This document shows positions 1-9,829 of a stretch of 32,101 bases of DNA, in pieces. Source of the stretch: Octopus bimaculoides. Taxonomy: Eukaryota. The stretch lies in contig NC_068986.1 in NCBI RefSeq assembly GCF_001194135.2, positions 45,505,857 through 45,537,957 of the forward strand. Direction: 5' to 3'. The position numbers and the translations under genes were made by a program. The notes beneath the pieces are model-generated. The model worked only from the letters and a program-made list of their open reading frames with translations, had not been told where the DNA came from and ran no database searches. How positions within the stretch are numbered: position 1 is the first letter of the stretch; the number at the start of each line of letters is the position of its first letter.

Positions 1-51
1 ATCGTCCAACCCATGCTAGCATGGAAAGCGGACGTTAAACGACGACGACGA

Positions 52-53
<2 letters not shown>
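1..53 (+). mobile_element. 3' tail of an RTE-type LINE/SINE ending in (ACG)n
   Basis: ccaacccatgctagcatggaaagcggacgttaaa followed by an (acg)n tail, then (TA)n. Resembles octopus RTE-type 3' ends from recall. Confidence 0.6.

Positions 54-88
<35 letters not shown>
54..88. repeat. (TA)n microsatellite
   Basis: Direct reading. Confidence 0.95.
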
Positions 89-92
<4 letters not shown>

Positions 93-201
93 GCGTAAGG
101 TATTTTAGGACATACTTATTTTGGGTTATTGCTAGATTTCTTGTTAGCTCTGTATAATCTTTGTTTCAGAGAAAAAAAAATAATAATGACAATAATAATA
201 A

Positions 202-672
202 TTGGTATAAAGATGGGCTACAGCAAATATTCTGCTTAATACCACAGATTTGCTTGTCAGTTGTTTGACCGTAACCAGTTGAGCATGTCCCTTGGTGGCT
301 GACGATGTGTGCATCTCTGATCATGAGCAGAAATAGTGGGGGAGTATCATAGCCATGTGTTGAGAAGAATTCTTTGGGGTTTGAATAATTCACCTTTGGA
401 AACATGGGTGTTTAGGTCAACATCCTTAAACAAACCTTATTCAGGTACCTTTTGAGTGGGATGGGCTACTTGACCTGAAAAAAATTCTAACTGGGCCCAG
501 GTGACAAGGTCATGCACTGTTTATCTTGATATGAGATCACCATGTCGCACACATATGGTTGTGATGCATGTGCCTGATGTACCCTTATCAGACGGGAAGT
601 CATGATGGGTATAATGGGCTTCGTATATTTTACCCCACTGTCACTTTGATGGCATGCACTGCTCTCTCACTC
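202..672. mobile_element. Non-coding interspersed repeat of about 470 bp flanked by (AAT)n
   Basis: Mixed-composition block between AAT runs at about 179-201 and 673-720. About 35 bp (catgtgttga...attctttggggtttgaataa) recurs at about 9204-9238. Confidence 0.55.
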
Positions 673-706
<34 letters not shown>

Positions 707-720
707 GCAATAATAATAAT
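673..720. repeat. (AAT)n microsatellite
   Basis: Direct reading. Confidence 0.95.
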
Positions 721-836
721 ATGTGTGTGTGCGCACACATAGACATACACACACACATGAGGCACAAGGATGCGGAAACGACATCAACCTGTTTAGAAAT
801 AAGAGCTAAATCCCCAACATACAACCGCCAGAAAGT

Positions 837-1238
837 ACCAAATAACAGAAAAACAACAGTAGGCGAGGAAACTGATAAAGAATCAAGACATTAATCAAGT
901 GAGTGATGGTTAGTAATAAAGATAGAAAATATATATCAATAATGAATAGTTTAGTGAAGAGAAAGAAATGGCCAGCAGTACAGAAGAGTGATGGTGTGGT
1001 GTAGAGGATACCAGCAGATTCAATGCAATCTTATTACATACTCTAGCCAATGGTCTTTTGAACTTTCTGGATAAATTCAAGTGTTCTGATGATTTCAGAG
1101 TGTTTAGAATGCTCTTTGTGCTTTGATACTGGTAACATGTTTCCATTTTCAGTCTCAAGCTCCTTACAAACTTTGTAGGCACCAAATAACAGAAAAACAA
1201 CAGTAGGCGAGGAAACAGATAAAGAATCAAGACATTAA
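837..1238. repeat. 58-bp direct repeat pair (837-894 and 1181-1238)
   Basis: accaaataacagaaaaacaacagtaggcgaggaaac(t/a)gataaagaatcaagacattaa, one mismatch. Confidence 0.9.
1040..1180 (-). mobile_element. Possible Tc1/mariner-superfamily transposase N-terminal fragment
   Basis: Minus frame AYKVCKELETENGNMLPVSKHKEHSKHSEIIRTLEFIQKVQKTIG*. Resembles the region before the HTH of mariner/maT-like transposases; no catalytic motif present. Confidence 0.35.
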
Positions 1239-2793
1239 AAAAGCATACAGTTAAAGAATATGCCCTTCAGATATTCATATACCATGGTTTCGGGTTCTTA
1301 CCTGTGGGCCTCAACCTTCATCAGTATGAGTCACTGGTGAAAATTCGAAGTCCGTCACATTATAAAAGATTGTGTTTGGGTATGTGGATAATGGTGTGAG
1401 TGTTGAGAAATGTTCAGTGCTAGTGTACATGGATAGAGAAGGTGTTTATGGGCGTGTGTGTAATGGTGTGTGAAGTGAGTAATGAGTTGGTGCTTAGTGT
1501 GAATAGTGGTGTGTGTGTGGTGAGGGTAGTGAGGTAGGTAGTATGCAGGTATGTAGGTGGAAGGGGAAGTTGAATCTGGGAGGTGTGTGGGAATTCGTGT
1601 GGGGTTGGTGTCAGATGAAGAGAGATAGTGAGTTGAACCCATATGGAGCAAGGAATGAAAAGAGAAGATTAATTCCTTTTCATAGACGGAGGTGGGAGAA
1701 GATTAATTCCTTTTCATAGGCGGAAGCGGGAAAAGAGAAGATTAATTCCTTTTCATCTTGGAGGTGGGAGTCCGATGGCTCTTGTGCAGGCTTTCGTTGT
1801 GTGGGCTTACTGTGTACAAAGATTTAATGTCAAGAATGAACAGAAGTTGAGAGGGGCCAGAAGGGAAGGAGAATGAAACATGGAGAACATGATTAGTGTT
1901 GTGAATGTGTGTGGGTAGGGAAGCCACTAGAGAGGTAAGGCCACGATCAAGATCATTTCAGTGGGGCAGTTGCAGGTGGAGACGATGGGGTGGTCAGGCT
2001 TGTTGGGCTTGTGAATTTTGGGAAGTAAATAGTGGGGGGTGCATGGGATACGGACAATGAGACTGGAGGCGGTGGGAAGAAGACGGGAGGAGGAAATGAA
2101 GTCATGAATGGAGGAGGACAGTCTGTTGGTAGTTAGGCACGAGGTTGGAGGGCGAGAGAAAATAGAAGGTGTCTTGAAGTTGACGGAGAGCTTCAACCCT
2201 GTAAAGGTCTCTATGCCACACCACTACAGTTCCACCCTTGTTGGCCGGTTTGATGACAATATCTTTGCGGTGTCAGAGACATCGAAGGGCCGAAAATTTG
2301 GCCAGGGTGATGTTGAAATGTTGGAGACTCCTGCAAAATTTTAACTGGTCAACAACATGTTGGTAGATGCTTGCAAATTAATCAACTGCTTGGAGCTGGC
2401 CAGGAGCTGGCGTCCAGTAAGATGGTTAGCAGCCCAGGTCAGAGAAGCAATTTTCTTCATTAGATGCAGGTGGGGTGGGGTGTTGTGGAATAGTGCTTGT
2501 AGCCTGACGTGGCGCATAAAGTGTCAGATATCAGCACGGGTCTGAAACTCGTTACTGGATGTAGTGAGAGGGACGAAGCGCAGGCTCTTACTAAGAAAAG
2601 AGCACTCTGCTTCAAAGAAGGAATGAGAACAATAGGCTGGAGCGTGGTGGGGGTGAGTTAGGTGGGAAGGGGTGGTGATAGGATGGGAGGAGACAGGAGG
2701 AAGTAGTGTTTGGGAGGGCTGGAGTAATGGGAGGGTAGGAATGAGGACGAGAGGGGTGGGGTGGATTGAAGGGAGAGGTGTAGGTGTAGTGGC
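1181..2793 (-). mobile_element. Penelope-like element, internally deleted (RT N-half joined to GIY-YIG C-terminus, plus pLTR)
   Basis: Minus-strand peptides EAECSFLSKSLRFVP..NEFQTRADI*HFMRHVRLQALFH, TPHYLLPKIHKPNKPDHPIVSTCNCPTE and LFILDIKSLYTVSPHNESL (RT motif A). Then a jump to EKELIFSFHS/LAPYGFN (PLE ORF end), a low-complexity tail and a hammerhead. Confidence 0.88.
1273..1331 (-). ncRNA. Type I hammerhead ribozyme in the PLE terminal repeat
   Basis: Minus strand: actcata CTGATGA a ggtt-gaggcccacaggtaag-aacc c GAAA ccatg GTA tatgaat. Stem I 6/7 bp, stem II 4 bp, palindromic stem III (accatggt), predicted cleavage between 1280 and 1279. Confidence 0.8.
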
Positions 2794-3341
2794 NNNNNNN
2801 NNNNNNNNNNNNNNNNNNNNNNNNNNNNNNNNNNNNNNNNNNNNNNNNNNNNNNNNNNNNNNNNNNNNNNNNNNNNNNNNNNNNNNNNNNNNNNNNNNNN
2901 NNNNNNNNNNNNNNNNNNNNNNNNNNNNNNNNNNNNNNNNNNNNNNNNNNNNNNNNNNNNNNNNNNNNNNNNNNNNNNNNNNNNNNNNNNNNNNNNNNNN
3001 NNNNNNNNNNNNNNNNNNNNNNNNNNNNNNNNNNNNNNNNNNNNNNNNNNNNNNNNNNNNNNNNNNNNNNNNNNNNNNNNNNNNNNNNNNNNNNNNNNNN
3101 NNNNNNNNNNNNNNNNNNNNNNNNNNNNNNNNNNNNNNNNNNNNNNNNNNNNNNNNNNNNNNNNNNNNNNNNNNNNNNNNNNNNNNNNNNNNNNNNNNNN
3201 NNNNNNNNNNNNNNNNNNNNNNNNNNNNNNNNNNNNNNNNNNNNNNNNNNNNNNNNNNNNNNNNNNNNNNNNNNNNNNNNNNNNNNNNNNNNNNNNNNNN
3301 NNNNNNNNNNNNNNNNNNNNNNNNNNNNNNNNNNNNNNNNN

Positions 3342-3634
3342 TTTATTGAGCAAAAACACCTAAAGCTCCACGAGGCTCCGGCAGGTGATTGTGGCGAACC
3401 CTGCTGTACTCTTTCACCACAACTTTCTCTCACTCTTCCTGTTTCTGTTGTGCCTGTAATTCAAAGGGTCAGCCTTGTCACACTGTGTCACGCTGAATAT
3501 CCCCAAGAACTACGTTAAGGGTACACGTGTCTGTGGAGTGCTCAGCCACTTGCACGTTAATTTCACGAGCAGGCTGTTCCGTTGATCGGATCAACTGGAA
3601 CCCTCGACGTCGTAAGCGACGGAGTGCCAACAAC
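3342..3634 (+). mobile_element. tRNA-derived SINE family A (5' end in gap)
   Basis: Near-identical to copies at 9300-9692, 23203-23585 and 25393-25670; ends gttgatcggatcaactggaaccctcgacgtcgtaagcgacggagtgccaacaac. Confidence 0.9.
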
Positions 3635-3649
3635 GATGAATATGTAATT

Positions 3650-3830
3650 AAGACATTTGCTTTCCAACAACTCACAGATTCGGTCCCAGTGTCTGCGAAC
3701 TTGGACTATAGGCTTGTACCTTAACCTAGAATTCAGTAAAAACTTCATTGTGGAGTTTTGACGATTGAAAGTTTGCTGTATAGCGTCTGTTTATGTTTAT
3801 ATATTTAAATCCTTGTCCGCAGCGTTGAAG
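3650..3830 (+). mobile_element. Old diverged SINE fragment, family E
   Basis: Patchy similarity to the head of the 9830-9995 copy (ttgctttccaacaac..cggtcccagtg..ttgtggagttttg). Confidence 0.4.
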
Positions 3831-4090
3831 TGTGTATGAATATAATAGGCTTTAGCAGACCGAGTTAACGAAATTCTATCATAAAGTTATGGCTGAATTG
3901 GAAGTTAAGGTGAGCCCAAGCTTCCGCATATTGGGATCAAATTTGTAAACAAATGGGGAGAGAACTCTCAATATTTGTTTTCCGCATTTATTTCCCTTTG
4001 GCAATATTTCCGGATGCATACACACATACACATACACACACACAGACACACGTATTTTTTTTCTTTTTTGGTAATTTCTGTTAGAAAGCG

Positions 4091-4392
4091 TCATGCTGGG
4101 GCAACACTTTAAAGAATTTTATTCGATTGAATGAACTCCAGTACTCTTAAGCCGTCATCTATTCTATCGGTCTGTCATGCTGTACTATTAAGTTACGCAG
4201 GCATGAACGCACCACACCATTTGTGAAGCGGGGACAAACACAGACAAGATACCCCGTCCCATTCCACACACACACACAACCACCACTACCATACACACAT
4301 GTGACAAGCTTTCTTCAGTTTCAGATATAGCAGAAGACACAGGAATCATGTGACTGGAAAAAAACGCAAATTTCCTACCACACAGCCACACT
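4091..4392 (-). mobile_element. Diverged SINE family E
   Basis: Reverse complement of the head gtggctgtgtggtaggaaatttgc, ctgaaactgaagaaagcttgtc and a 3' part ..accgatagaatagatgac..ccagcatg. Confidence 0.65.
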
Positions 4393-4424
4393 TGCTCTTT
4401 CGGATGTATGCGTATGTCTCAGTC

Positions 4425-4502
4425 TGTCTCTCTGTCCGTCCGTCCGCCTGTCCGTCTATCTGTCTGTCTATCTGTCTGTCTGTCTGTTTGTTTGTCTGTC
4501 CG
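4425..4502. repeat. (TCTG/TCCG)n tetranucleotide repeat
   Basis: Direct reading. Confidence 0.9.
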
Positions 4503-4619
4503 TCACAGTATCTTTATTCGAATTAAGCAATAAGTGCTCTAGTTTAAAACCCTTATGCATATGGCATTTTTGACGTATGCATATCGCATTGAGGGACTTT
4601 GTGGTTTTATTGTTATCAT

Positions 4620-4768
4620 GCGAGCTTGCAGAATCGTTAGCACGTCGGGCAAAATGTTTAGCAGCATTTCGTCCGTCCTTACGTTCTGAATTCAAATTCC
4701 GTGAATGTCGACTTTGCCTTTCATTCTTTCGGGGTCGATAAATTAAATACTAATTGAGTACTAGGATT
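4620..4768 (+). mobile_element. tRNA-derived SINE family D (3' truncated)
   Basis: gcagaatcgttagcacgtcgggcaaaatg..gttctgaattcaaattcc..gtcgactttgcctttcattctttcggggtcgataaa; matches 25182-25392 and 29457-29666. Confidence 0.85.
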
Positions 4769-4789
4769 GAGGACTACAAAACCATCCAA

Positions 4790-5420
4790 TAACATTGCAA
4801 TCAATGGTCATTTTATCCCCAATATCCAATGGGTGAATGTTAAAGGTACTTAGGAATAGAGGAAAAATATTTTTATGATGGAACCTTAACAAGGAGCGTG
4901 TAAACGGAAAATAACACCAGAATAAAGAAAATATCGCCCTTGAAAAGTTTCTGCCAGCAATAAATAAATTGCCCAGAGTATGTATGCTTTACTTGTACTT
5001 AATACCGACACTTGGTCCTCTCGTTTGGACTTTAAATCTAATATCAGCAATTAATCTTAAAACTTGTACTTTAGTGTATTATAATAGTGGTAATCCATAT
5101 TAAAACTTTTCACAGCAATAATGATGTAGACAACCTTTACGAAAGGGAAGGAAATCGAAGTGGCAGAAGATTAATGTCAATGCAAGCAGCCTTTGAATGT
5201 GATATTATATTTCTTCGGGAACATCAACTAACCACCAAATATCGAAGTACAACTATGGGCCAAGCCTGCACACGTGAGGTTGGTGACACTATGAGAGATG
5301 AAAAGGAACTGCTCAGAAAATATTTCAGGACCGATAACCTAGGATGTATACTCACAGAAGCTGCACAACCCTACTACAACATAATCAGAAAATTATACAT
5401 ATCAGATACATGCCATGCAT
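4790..5420 (+). mobile_element. Decayed R4/Dong-clade non-LTR retrotransposon fragment (RT C-terminal region)
   Basis: Frameshifted KYLGIEE-like/NKERV region and TFHSNNDVDNLYER..GRRLMSMQAAFECDII, homologous to NFHINNVIERIYVRRREGSRCISSVQTAFESCI of the 19345-20902 copy. Confidence 0.65.
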
Positions 5421-5597
5421 AGTTATGTTCTCAGAAGAAATATTACTTGACGGCAACATCAGCCAGAATATTATTTCGTAGACTGACAACCGCAATTTTA
5501 GTTCTGTCTTCGAAAGATATGCTTTTCTAATTACGGAAGCAGGAAATATTTACAAAATATTTGATACACAAAAGAAATAGGGAGTAATGTGGTAGTG

Positions 5598-5875
5598 GTG
5601 GAGGGTCTCGTGGAGGGTCTCGTGGCGAGGCGGTTCACACGATCCTCTATATTAAGGAAGACAGTTCTTTCGCTTCTGTATTTTTGTCATTGAATGTGAA
5701 GGTGCTAGTTTTCTTGTATGTCTTGATGATCATGTTTACGTGGAGTCTTTCGTGTGTGGGGATGTATGTTTCATAAACGTCCTTTCTTTTGTCTGCAAAG
5801 ATATGTACATTAGGCGATGACGATTGCTTAATTTTTTTCAAGTAGTCATTTAATGATTTGAAAAACGATGCCAAT
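5598..5875 (-). mobile_element. Second Penelope-like element fragment (pre-RT region)
   Basis: SFFKSLNDYLKKIKQSSSPNVHIFADKRKDVYE..IIKTYKK..NTEAKELSS then frameshifted LNIEDRVNRLATRP; resembles the FADK..ITKTYK..EAK.IA.L..DR segment of PLE ORFs. Confidence 0.7.
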
Positions 5876-6711
5876 GTATATATATATATATATATATNNN
5901 NNNNNNNNNNNNNNNNNNNNNNNNNNNNNNNNNNNNNNNNNNNNNNNNNNNNNNNNNNNNNNNNNNNNNNNNNNNNNNNNNNNNNNNNNNNNNNNNNNNN
6001 NNNNNNNNNNNNNNNNNNNNNNNNNNNNNNNNNNNNNNNNNNNNNNNNNNNNNNNNNNNNNNNNNNNNNNNNNNNNNNNNNNNNNNNNNNNNNNNNNNNN
6101 NNNNNNNNNNNNNNNNNNNNNNNNNNNNNNNNNNNNNNNNNNNNNNNNNNNNNNNNNNNNNNNNNNNNNNNNNNNNNNNNNNNNNNNNNNNNNNNNNNNN
6201 NNNNNNNNNNNNNNNNNNNNNNNNNNNNNNNNNNNNNNNNNNNNNNNNNNNNNNNNNNNNNNNNNNNNNNNNNNNNNNNNNNNNNNNNNNNNNNNNNNNN
6301 NNNNNNNNNNNNNNNNNNNNNNNNNNNNNNNNNNNNNNNNNNNNNNNNNNNNNNNNNNNNNNNNNNNNNNNNNNNNNNNNNNNNNNNNNNNNNNNNNNNN
6401 NNNNNNNNNNNNNNNNNNNNNNNNNNNNNNNNNNNNNNNNNNNNNNNNNNNNNNNNNNNNNNNNNNNNNNNNNNNNNNNNNNNNNNNNNNNNNNNNNNNN
6501 NNNNNNNNNNNNNNNNNNNNNNNNNNNNNNNNNNNNNNNNNNNNNNNNNNNNNNNNNNNNNNNNNNNNNNNNNNNNNNNNNNNNNNNNNNNNNNNNNNNN
6601 NNNNNNNNNNNNNNNNNNNNNNNNNNNNNNNNNNNNNNNNNNNNNNNNNNNNNNNNNNNNNNNNNNNNNNNNNNNNNNNNNNNNNNNNNNNNNNNNNNNN
6701 NNNNNNNNNNN

Positions 6712-6743
<32 letters not shown>

Positions 6744-7090
6744 TGGTATCAATGAAGCGCGTATGGTTTCATGGTGAATCAACTTTTTTTGCATTTGCTC
6801 AACAGCAGATAGAATAATTCGGACATAGTAGCCATATTTCTTAGGCTTGCAAAGAGATGTAAAGCGAGAATTCGGATAGGACCTAATGGTATAAATATAG
6901 AGGATTAATTTAATGGATAAAGGGAGGTAAATATTTAGGGATTATAATAAACTCGGGTCCGTGTGTATTACGTAAGGCTAGAGATTTAATATAACTTATC
7001 TCTCTCTTTTACGAAATCAGCGGCAGTGTGTCGCTAGAAAAAGGATATAGTATTTTGTGAGTGGAATGAGTTCTTCAGCACTAGCCAGTG

Positions 7091-7563
7091 GCTGGAAAAG
7101 AGGACCCTGTCAGCTAGAGTATATGAACAGAGATGGAAGGAAGTGGTGAAAAAGGTGGGTGTGAGTCACCCAAACTAATCATCGGGGAAATAAAAGGCGA
7201 TCTGCAGGGCCTTATAGGCTGCCGAGTTGAAGAATCAATCGTTTTATTATAAAAAATATGTGTGTATGTGTATGTGTGTGTATGTGTGTGTATATATATG
7301 TGTGTGTATGTATATATGTGTATATATGTATATATATATGTGTGTGTGTGTATGTATGTATATGTTTGTCTGTATATTTATAATATAAAAAAAGTGAGAG
7401 GAAAAATTCAACGAAGATATGAACTTTAAATTTTGATATATATATAAAGACAATCGTTAATTTTTAAAGAACATCGAACTCATACATTTTGTATATTTGT
7501 TTATCCTGTATTGTACCCATTTCTATATTTGATCCATAGTGATCCTAATGAAAAATTTTTCAT
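7091..7563 (+). mobile_element. 5'-truncated L1/Tx1-like LINE 3' end with 12-bp TSD
   Basis: TSD cactagccagtg at 7079-7090 and 7564-7575. Begins with LEKRTLSARVYEQRWKEVVKKVGVSHPN*, similar to MEKKYLFRKRWKTVASVLRVNEP at the ORF2 end of the 14855-16935 Tx1 copy. Then an AT-rich UTR with a TA/TG microsatellite. Confidence 0.6.
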
Positions 7564-7579
7564 CACTAGCCAGTGATTA

Positions 7580-7626
7580 ACACACGCTGAAGACGGGTAA
7601 CCACCCAGAAACTCGGGTTCGTGTGT
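7580..7626 (+). ncRNA. Minimal type I hammerhead ribozyme
   Basis: acacacg CTGAAGA c gggt-aacc-accc a GAAA ctcgg GTT cgtgtgt. Perfect 7-bp stem I, 4-bp stem II, near-palindromic stem III (actcgggt). The upstream half-copy has the canonical GTC triplet. Confidence 0.85.
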
Positions 7627-7689
7627 ATCACGTAAAGTTAGAGATGGGAGCGATGGCCGCCCTCGTAAATACTAATCGGCCGCATTCCG

Positions 7690-7940
7690 TTTGTTGGTTC
7701 TCACCTCAGCATTTGACTCATCTTTGCAACGAAAGCAGTGTCCACAGAATTTCAGCCTCCTTTCCTTTATGGTGGAAGTAAACCTTAGAAGAATGCCATG
7801 AAGAACCTGGTTTGTTGTAAGGTATTGGCATTTCATGTTAAGTACTGCTCTCAGAAGTTTTCTGTAGGCTCCATCTAGATTTCTTTCCAGTGTCATAGAG
7901 TCCATGTAGGGCAACCGCATAAGAGCACGGTTTCTATTGT
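7690..7940 (-). mobile_element. RTE-clade LINE fragment (post-RT region)
   Basis: TLERNLDGAYRKLLRAVLNMK..TNQVLHGIL..TIKERRLKFCGHCFR, typical RTE LDG.Y.RMLR..LN / RRL.FAGH motifs. Confidence 0.8.
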
Positions 7941-8209
7941 TGCTCGAAGGTCGTTATGACAATAATAAATACAAGTGCTGATTCAATTTAACTTCTTTAT
8001 TACTATTCAAATGCTTAGTTATTTAACCAACAAACTAATCGATTGTCTGCTTAATCAATAATTCAAGCAATTAATCAGTTGTTTGCCAAAGTTTTTTCGT
8101 CGCCATTTGCAACGTCACCAATGACGTGCATTCTCTACTCTAGGTCAGCCACAAATCTGTCAGTCATCAAGTGAAAATTTATGTAGTTTTATGGTTAAGT
8201 ACGCGAGAA

Positions 8210-8668
8210 GGGGGAGGAGAGAGAGAAAGGGAGAATGCATGTGTGTGTTTTTGCGTGTTCTTGTGTGTTCTTGCGTTCTGGTGTATGCGTGTGGATGTAT
8301 GTTTGTTTGATGTAGTTGGTTCTATCAGGGAGTGCACATTTGCACGTGTGACTGTGAGTGTGCTTTCTTGCATGTGCGTTGTATGTGATGTGTGTGTGTG
8401 TGTGTGTGTGGTGTAGTCGGTTCTATGTGTAAGTGTGTGAGTCAACGTGTGCGTGAGTTTGTATGCTTGTGTACCTTCTGGTGTGTATGTGTGTGTGTGT
8501 GTGTGTGTATAGATGTGTATTATAATTTTTTAATGAATATTCCGTTCCTATTCTGTTATTTGACTTATACCAATCCCGTAAAAAATAGAACAAATTTTAC
8601 TTGTTTTAAAAAAAAAAATTCTATTAGGTTATGCTATTAAGCGTGAGTTCTTGCAAATATACGATCTG

Positions 8669-8725
<57 letters not shown>
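8210..8725. repeat. GT-rich low complexity and (GT)n microsatellites
   Basis: Direct reading. Confidence 0.9.
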
Positions 8726-8729
<4 letters not shown>

Positions 8730-8950
8730 GGTGTGAGCGTGCGCGCGCGTATATACGCGTGCTTGAAATAATTACACTATATAACAAAATTTTAATTTTT
8801 TTTGTCTTTTGTCAATAAGTGTTATCTCATATTTGCTTCTATCAAGAAATGAAGGGAAATGACTAGTGCTTTTGTGACCTAGACATCATGTTTTGAAACT
8901 GACTTATTTTTCATTTCAGACAGATTCAGCGCTGAATTTTTGAAGCAAAC

Positions 8951-9065
8951 TTTTCTAGAATTTCTTAGAAGTTTCAAAGCTTTCGAGAACTTTCTGAAAG
9001 TTTCAAGAATTTCTAGAACATTCTGACAGTATAAATGCAAGGATCGTAAGCTCACGTGTTCAGTT
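8951..9065 (+). promoter_or_regulatory. Heat-shock-element array, TATA box and initiator
   Basis: nGAAn/nTTCn units in 5-bp register from 8982 to 9009 (six units, one mismatch); perfect TTCtaGAAcaTTC at 9011-9023; TATAAAT at 9030-9036; TCAGTT Inr at 9060-9065; AATAAA near 9234. Confidence 0.55.
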
Positions 9066-9299
9066 CACTACAAGGGTAGACAAGTTGTCGTTGAAACCTG
9101 CATTCGTCACAGATGACATCCAGAGGTTTGTAAGCATCCAACAGTCGCATTTTGCTATGTCTGCCGCGAATTTACGAAGACAAGAGCGAAAAGTACTCTC
9201 TGACATGTGTTGAAAGTGATTCTTTGGGGTTTGAATAAAAATCGCAACAAAAACAAAGTTTGAAGGAAATATTAGCCATTTTTCATACTTTCTAGGAGT

Positions 9300-9692
9300 C
9301 ACCCCACCACAGATGGCACTCCGTCGCTTACGACGTCGAGGGTTCCAGTTGATCCGATCAACAGAACAGCCTGCTCGTGAAATTAACGTGCAAGTGACTG
9401 AGCACTCCACAGACACGTGTACCCTTAACGTAGTTCTCTGGGATATTCAGCGTGACACAGTGTGACAAGGCTGACCCTTTGAATTACGGGCACAACAGAA
9501 ACAAGAAGTATGCGTGAGAGAAAGTTGTGGTGAAAGAGTATAGCAGGGTTCGTCACCATCCCCTGCCGGAGCCTCGTGGAGCTTTAGGTGTTTTCGCTCA
9601 ATAAACACTCACAACGCCCGGTCTGGGAATCGAAACCGCGATCCTATGACCGCGAGTCCGCTGCCCTAACCACTAGGCCATTGCGCCTCCAC
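9300..9692 (-). mobile_element. Full-length tRNA-derived SINE family A with 13-bp TSD
   Basis: A box (tggcctagtggttagg) and B box (ggtttcgattccc). TSD actttctaggagt at 9287-9299 and 9693-9705. About 15 extra nt (atctgtggtggggtg) at the 3' end. Confidence 0.95.
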
Positions 9693-9829
9693 ACTTTCTA
9701 GGAGTAAGAAAATAGGAAATAACAGTAGCTACCCGAGGACATAAAGCGTGCTACACAGTGTTAAAGCTGAAACTATAAATATTACAATTATAAATATTCC
9801 ACTTTTAACTTAATAATTCACATAATTCT

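Larger units (their letters stand above)
6949..7645 (+). mobile_element. Retrozyme-like hammerhead repeat (about 175-nt unit, 37-bp terminal direct repeats) interrupted by an insertion
   Basis: Repeats at 6949-6985 and 7609-7645 match at 33/37 and both carry the hammerhead 3' half. Removing 7091-7575 puts the two cleavage sites 175 nt apart. Confidence 0.7.

Noticed and set aside
298-360. Hammerhead at CTGACGA..GAAA in the AAT-flanked element
   Set aside because: Stems I and II do not pair in register.
9060-9416. Near-identical ORFs at 3527-3724, 9060-9416 and 23430-23798 suggesting a gene family
   Set aside because: They are translations of the same SINE family A body.
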